From contig JANPFX010000086.1 in NCBI GenBank assembly GCA_031423635.1, positions 2,123 to 66,122 of the forward strand: a stretch of 64,000 nucleotides of DNA. The letters are read 5' to 3'. The DNA is from Acidimicrobiia bacterium (GTDB taxonomy: Bacteria > Actinomycetota > Acidimicrobiia > Acidimicrobiales > JANYDT01). The notes beneath the pieces were generated by a model, which was not told the DNA's origin, searched no databases, and saw nothing but the letters and a program-made list of their open reading frames with translations. Below are positions 61,072 through 64,000 of the stretch, piece after piece. Position 1 is the first letter of the stretch. The number at the start of each line of letters is the position of its first letter. A program made the position numbers and the translations under genes.

Positions 61072-61380
61072 TCAGCAGCCGGCGGAGTCGCGGAGGCGCT
61101 GGCAGGCCTGGGCCATCCGATGGGGTTCAAGCTTCACGATCGGGCGGCGGAACGCGCTTCGAGGAATCGTGTGGATGTTGTCGAAGTTGACGACGCAGTC
61201 CGACGGAACCCCGTCTTCGAGCGCCGTCAGTGCCAGCTCCGAAACGAGTCCTCGAATGGTCCGGGTGACGGCGGCAACGACGATGGAGCCGATGTGATCA
61301 GCGACAGGATCTCGCGTCAATACGAGGACGGGACGGTCGCCGCCGGGAGTTGCGGCGAACCACAACTCACCGTTTCGCAT
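61072..61380 (-). CDS. mazF: MazF/PemK family endoribonuclease toxin
   Basis: MRNGELWFAATPGGDRPVLVLTRD...VTRTIRGLVSE...VNFDNIHTI. Confidence 0.93.
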   Translation of the reverse strand: MRNGELWFAATPGGDRPVLVLTRDPVADHIGSIVVAAVTRTIRGLVSELALTALEDGVPSDCVVNFDNIHTIPRSAFRRPIVKLEPHRMAQACQRLRDSAGC

Positions 61381-61618
61381 CGGCCCAGTCCGACCAATCC
61401 TCGGCGGGTCCCCACTCCGCAATCGCGCCGAATGACTTCTCATCGTCGCTGAGCGGGACGTCAACCCATCTCACCGCATCGCGCTCGGACGCAAGCCGGG
61501 TGAGATGACGGTGAAGCGCTTCGCGCAGGAGCTCCGATTTGTCGATCCCGAGCTCGTCAGCCCATCGTTGTGCCCGCGTCGCTTCCTCGTCCTCGACCCG
61601 GAAGCTCATCATTGTCAT
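61367..61618 (-). CDS. mazE: Ribbon-helix-helix antitoxin (MazE-like)
   Basis: MSFRVED...KSELLREALHRHL RHH and acidic tail WGPAEDWSDW; overlaps the toxin start. Confidence 0.88.
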   Translation of the reverse strand: MTMMSFRVEDEEATRAQRWADELGIDKSELLREALHRHLTRLASERDAVRWVDVPLSDDEKSFGAIAEWGPAEDWSDWADAKR

Positions 61619-61641
61619 ACGAAAAAGGTATCTTGTATGAC
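61614..61641 (-). promoter_or_regulatory. TA operon operator: inverted repeat enclosing the -10 and covering the start codon
   Basis: GTCATAC (61614-61620) ... GTATGAC (61635-61641); TACCTT -10 lies 6 nt before ATG 61618 on the minus strand. Confidence 0.72.
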
Positions 61642-61672
61642 GCCCGGTTCGCAACCCCCGCGACATCCCCGA

Positions 61673-64000
61673 TCAGTGCTTCAGCTGGGAACGTGGTCGA
61701 GTCGGCGAGCCGTGGCGGTGCATCGTCCTGGTGACGGATTGTTCGCGGAGCCAGCGGGGTGCTTCGATCTCGGGTTCGAGACACAGAGGACGAGGGTCCA
61801 CGGCTATGCCGGCGGCGTGAGCGCTCTGCAAGACGGTGTCGCTCGTCGTGCCGAGCACGCGGAGGCGGTCCACCCCGAGGGTGGCGAAGCGTGCGGCGAA
61901 CGCGTCCTCGGTCTCCGTGCGAGCGTCGGACACGTGCACGGGGCAGCGCGTCGCCTTGGCGATGGCCCGGCACGCGTCGGCTGCGGCCCCATCCTCCCCG
62001 GCGCCGATCCGCACGGCGATGCCACCGGGGAGCCGGCGGAAGCGCAGCACGTTCGACTCCGCCCGAAGGCCGGACGGGTCGTGCTCGGCGGTCAGCTCCC
62101 GTCGGGCCCAGTCACTGAACGCCGCGGCTGTCGTCTCGACCGAGGCGGGGCGACCGCTCACGTCACCAGCGTCACCGGTGTGGATCCAATCGCACAGCGA
62201 CGCGACGTAGCGCGGGCCGCCGGCCTTCACCGCCGGACCGACCACCGAGTGCTTCCACCCGCCGAATGGCTGGCGCCGAACGATGGCGCCGGTGATGCCG
62301 CGGTTCACGTAGAGGTTCCCGGCCTGCACCCCTTCGGTCCACCGCTCGATCTCGGCAGAGTCGAGGCTGTGGAGGCCGGCGGTGAGGCCGTAGGCAACAG
62401 CATTCTGCATCGCTATCGCTTCTTCGAGATCGTTAGCGCGCATGACGCCGAGCACTGGTCCGAAGCATTCGTTGTGGTGGAACCAGGAGCCACTGCGTAC
62501 ACCGATGCGAATTCCTGGTGACCACAAACGACCGGACTCGTCGAGCTGGCGCGGCTCCACGAGCCAAGACTCGCCGGCGTCGAGAGCAGTAAGCGCACGT
62601 TGGAGATTGCCGGTGGGCGGATCGATGAGCGGTCCCACGTCGGTTCCGACGTCGTGGCCCGGGCCGACCTTCAGCGTCCGCGTCGCATCAGCGAGGCGTC
62701 GGAAGAACGACGGGTCGTCATAGACGGAAGCCTCGACGATGGCGAGGCTGGCGGCGGAACACTTCTGTCCGGCGTGGGCGAAAGCCGACTTCACGAGGTC
62801 CTTCACCGCGAGCTCGACGTCTGCCGACGCGGTGATGATCAGCGCGTTCTTGCCGCTGGTCTCGGCGTGGAGTCGGAGGTTTGGTTTCCATCCGAGGAAC
62901 AGTTCAGCGGTGGAGCGCGCCCCTGTGAGCACCACGGCGCCGACGCCGGCGTGGGTGATGAGCGCCCGTCCGACTTCGTCGTCGGGGCAAGGAAGGAACT
63001 GCACGACGTCGCCCGGGATCCCGGCCTCCCAGCAGCACGCAGCAACGAGATGGCCGACGAGCACGGCCTGGGGGGCGGGTTTCAAGATCACGGTGTTCCC
63101 GGCCGCAACGGCCGCAAGCACCCCACCGAGGGCGATCGCAAAGGGGAAGTTCCAGGGAGGTGCGATCACGACGGTGCCGACCGGGCGGGAGACGATTCCT
63201 CTGGCGCTCAGCCGGGTGAAGTCGTCGACGCAACGGGCGTAGTAATGGGCGAAATCGATTGCCTCGCTGATCTCGGGGTCGCCTTCGAGCATCGTCTTGC
63301 CGGTGTCATGCGCCATGGCGGCGAGCAACTCGCCCCGCCGTCGGGCGACCACATCGCCAACCCGGTCGACGAGCGCACATCGGTCGGCGGGCGTCGTCGC
63401 ACTCCAGCGTTGCGAAGCTGCGTTGGCGATGACGACCGCGGCATCGACCAGCGCACGATCGGCGAGATGCACCTCGTACGCGTCAAACGGTGAACAGGTG
63501 AAGTCGACTCGGGTGACATGACCAGTGGGAGTTCCGACGCCGTTGACGACCGGCACGATCGCCGACGTCGCCGGTCGCCATGCCGCGAGAGCTTCGGTGA
63601 TCCAGAGACGGTTGGCACGGAGCGAGAAGTCGGTGTTCGGATCGTTCTCGAACGCTCGGGATACGTCGGAGTCGACGATTGCAAGGCGCCGATCCTGCGC
63701 TCGTCGTGGCGTCTTGGAGACGGTGTGTCGTCCCGCAACTGCGATCCGGAACCGTTCAGCTTCAGCGGCGAACACGGCATTTCCCGGCTGGAGATCGAAG
63801 AGGTTGTGGAGGAAGTTGTCGGGCGCCGTGTTCTCGTCGAGACGTCGGACGAGATAGGCAATCGCCGCCGTGAAGTCGCTCGGCCGGACGACGGGCGTGT
63901 ACAGCAGCACGTCGCCGTGGGCCTCGTGCAGCGCCTGTGCCTGGGCCGGCGCCATGCCTTCGAGCATCTCGAAAGAGAGGCGTCGCTCAGCCCCGCGCGC
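61673..64000 (-). CDS. putA: Bifunctional proline dehydrogenase / P5C dehydrogenase PutA (5'-truncated by window edge)
   Basis: PRODH C-terminus (EMLEGM, AYLVRRLDENT) followed by ALDH motifs PPWNFP, ETSGKNA, HAGQKCSA, ECFGPVL, RQPFGGWK. Confidence 0.93.
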   Translation of the reverse strand, partial: ARGAERRLSFEMLEGMAPAQAQALHEAHGDVLLYTPVVRPSDFTAAIAYLVRRLDENTAPDNFLHNLFDLQPGNAVFAAEAERFRIAVAGRHTVSKTPRRAQDRRLAIVDSDVSRAFENDPNTDFSLRANRLWITEALAAWRPATSAIVPVVNGVGTPTGHVTRVDFTCSPFDAYEVHLADRALVDAAVVIANAASQRWSATTPADRCALVDRVGDVVARRRGELLAAMAHDTGKTMLEGDPEISEAIDFAHYYARCVDDFTRLSARGIVSRPVGTVVIAPPWNFPFAIALGGVLAAVAAGNTVILKPAPQAVLVGHLVAACCWEAGIPGDVVQFLPCPDDEVGRALITHAGVGAVVLTGARSTAELFLGWKPNLRLHAETSGKNALIITASADVELAVKDLVKSAFAHAGQKCSAASLAIVEASVYDDPSFFRRLADATRTLKVGPGHDVGTDVGPLIDPPTGNLQRALTALDAGESWLVEPRQLDESGRLWSPGIRIGVRSGSWFHHNECFGPVLGVMRANDLEEAIAMQNAVAYGLTAGLHSLDSAEIERWTEGVQAGNLYVNRGITGAIVRRQPFGGWKHSVVGPAVKAGGPRYVASLCDWIHTGDAGDVSGRPASVETTAAAFSDWARRELTAEHDPSGLRAESNVLRFRRLPGGIAVRIGAGEDGAAADACRAIAKATRCPVHVSDARTETEDAFAARFATLGVDRLRVLGTTSDTVLQSAHAAGIAVDPRPLCLEPEIEAPRWLREQSVTRTMHRHGSPTRPRSQLKH

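Overview
High-GC actinobacterial chromosome segment. Gene content and order (mfd, prsA-like, mazG, eno, ftsB ... DUF501, ppx; bldA-type tRNA-Leu; F420-dependent LLM enzyme) suggest Acidimicrobiia, which is an inference. I found about 55 CDS, one tRNA-Leu(UAA), a tandem glycine riboswitch upstream of gcvP, one collapsed ABC-transporter pseudogene and a MazEF toxin-antitoxin pair. I saw no CRISPR array, prophage, integrase or IS. Points worth follow-up: (1) a ~17.7 kb block splits the usually contiguous ftsB-DUF501 pair and carries molybdenum-hydroxylase small and medium subunits plus a full CoxD/CoxE/XdhC/MocA/CoxG maturation set, but no large catalytic subunit; (2) an AbiEi-type protein with an apparently dead DUF559-like nuclease domain, preceded by a palindromic element, sits inside that cluster; (3) a 12 kb purine operon has PurS-PurL and PurD-PurM fusions, a propeptide-less Fe-S PurF and an embedded guaB; (4) the glycine riboswitch has an extra GNRA hairpin between its aptamers; (5) a membrane GGDEF protein is degenerate but keeps its I-site; (6) a 901-aa disordered membrane-anchored protein carries repeated DPW motifs; (7) many start codons have a leaderless TANNNT promoter. 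All calls come from reading motifs by eye and no database searches were run. No new system is demonstrated, only candidates.
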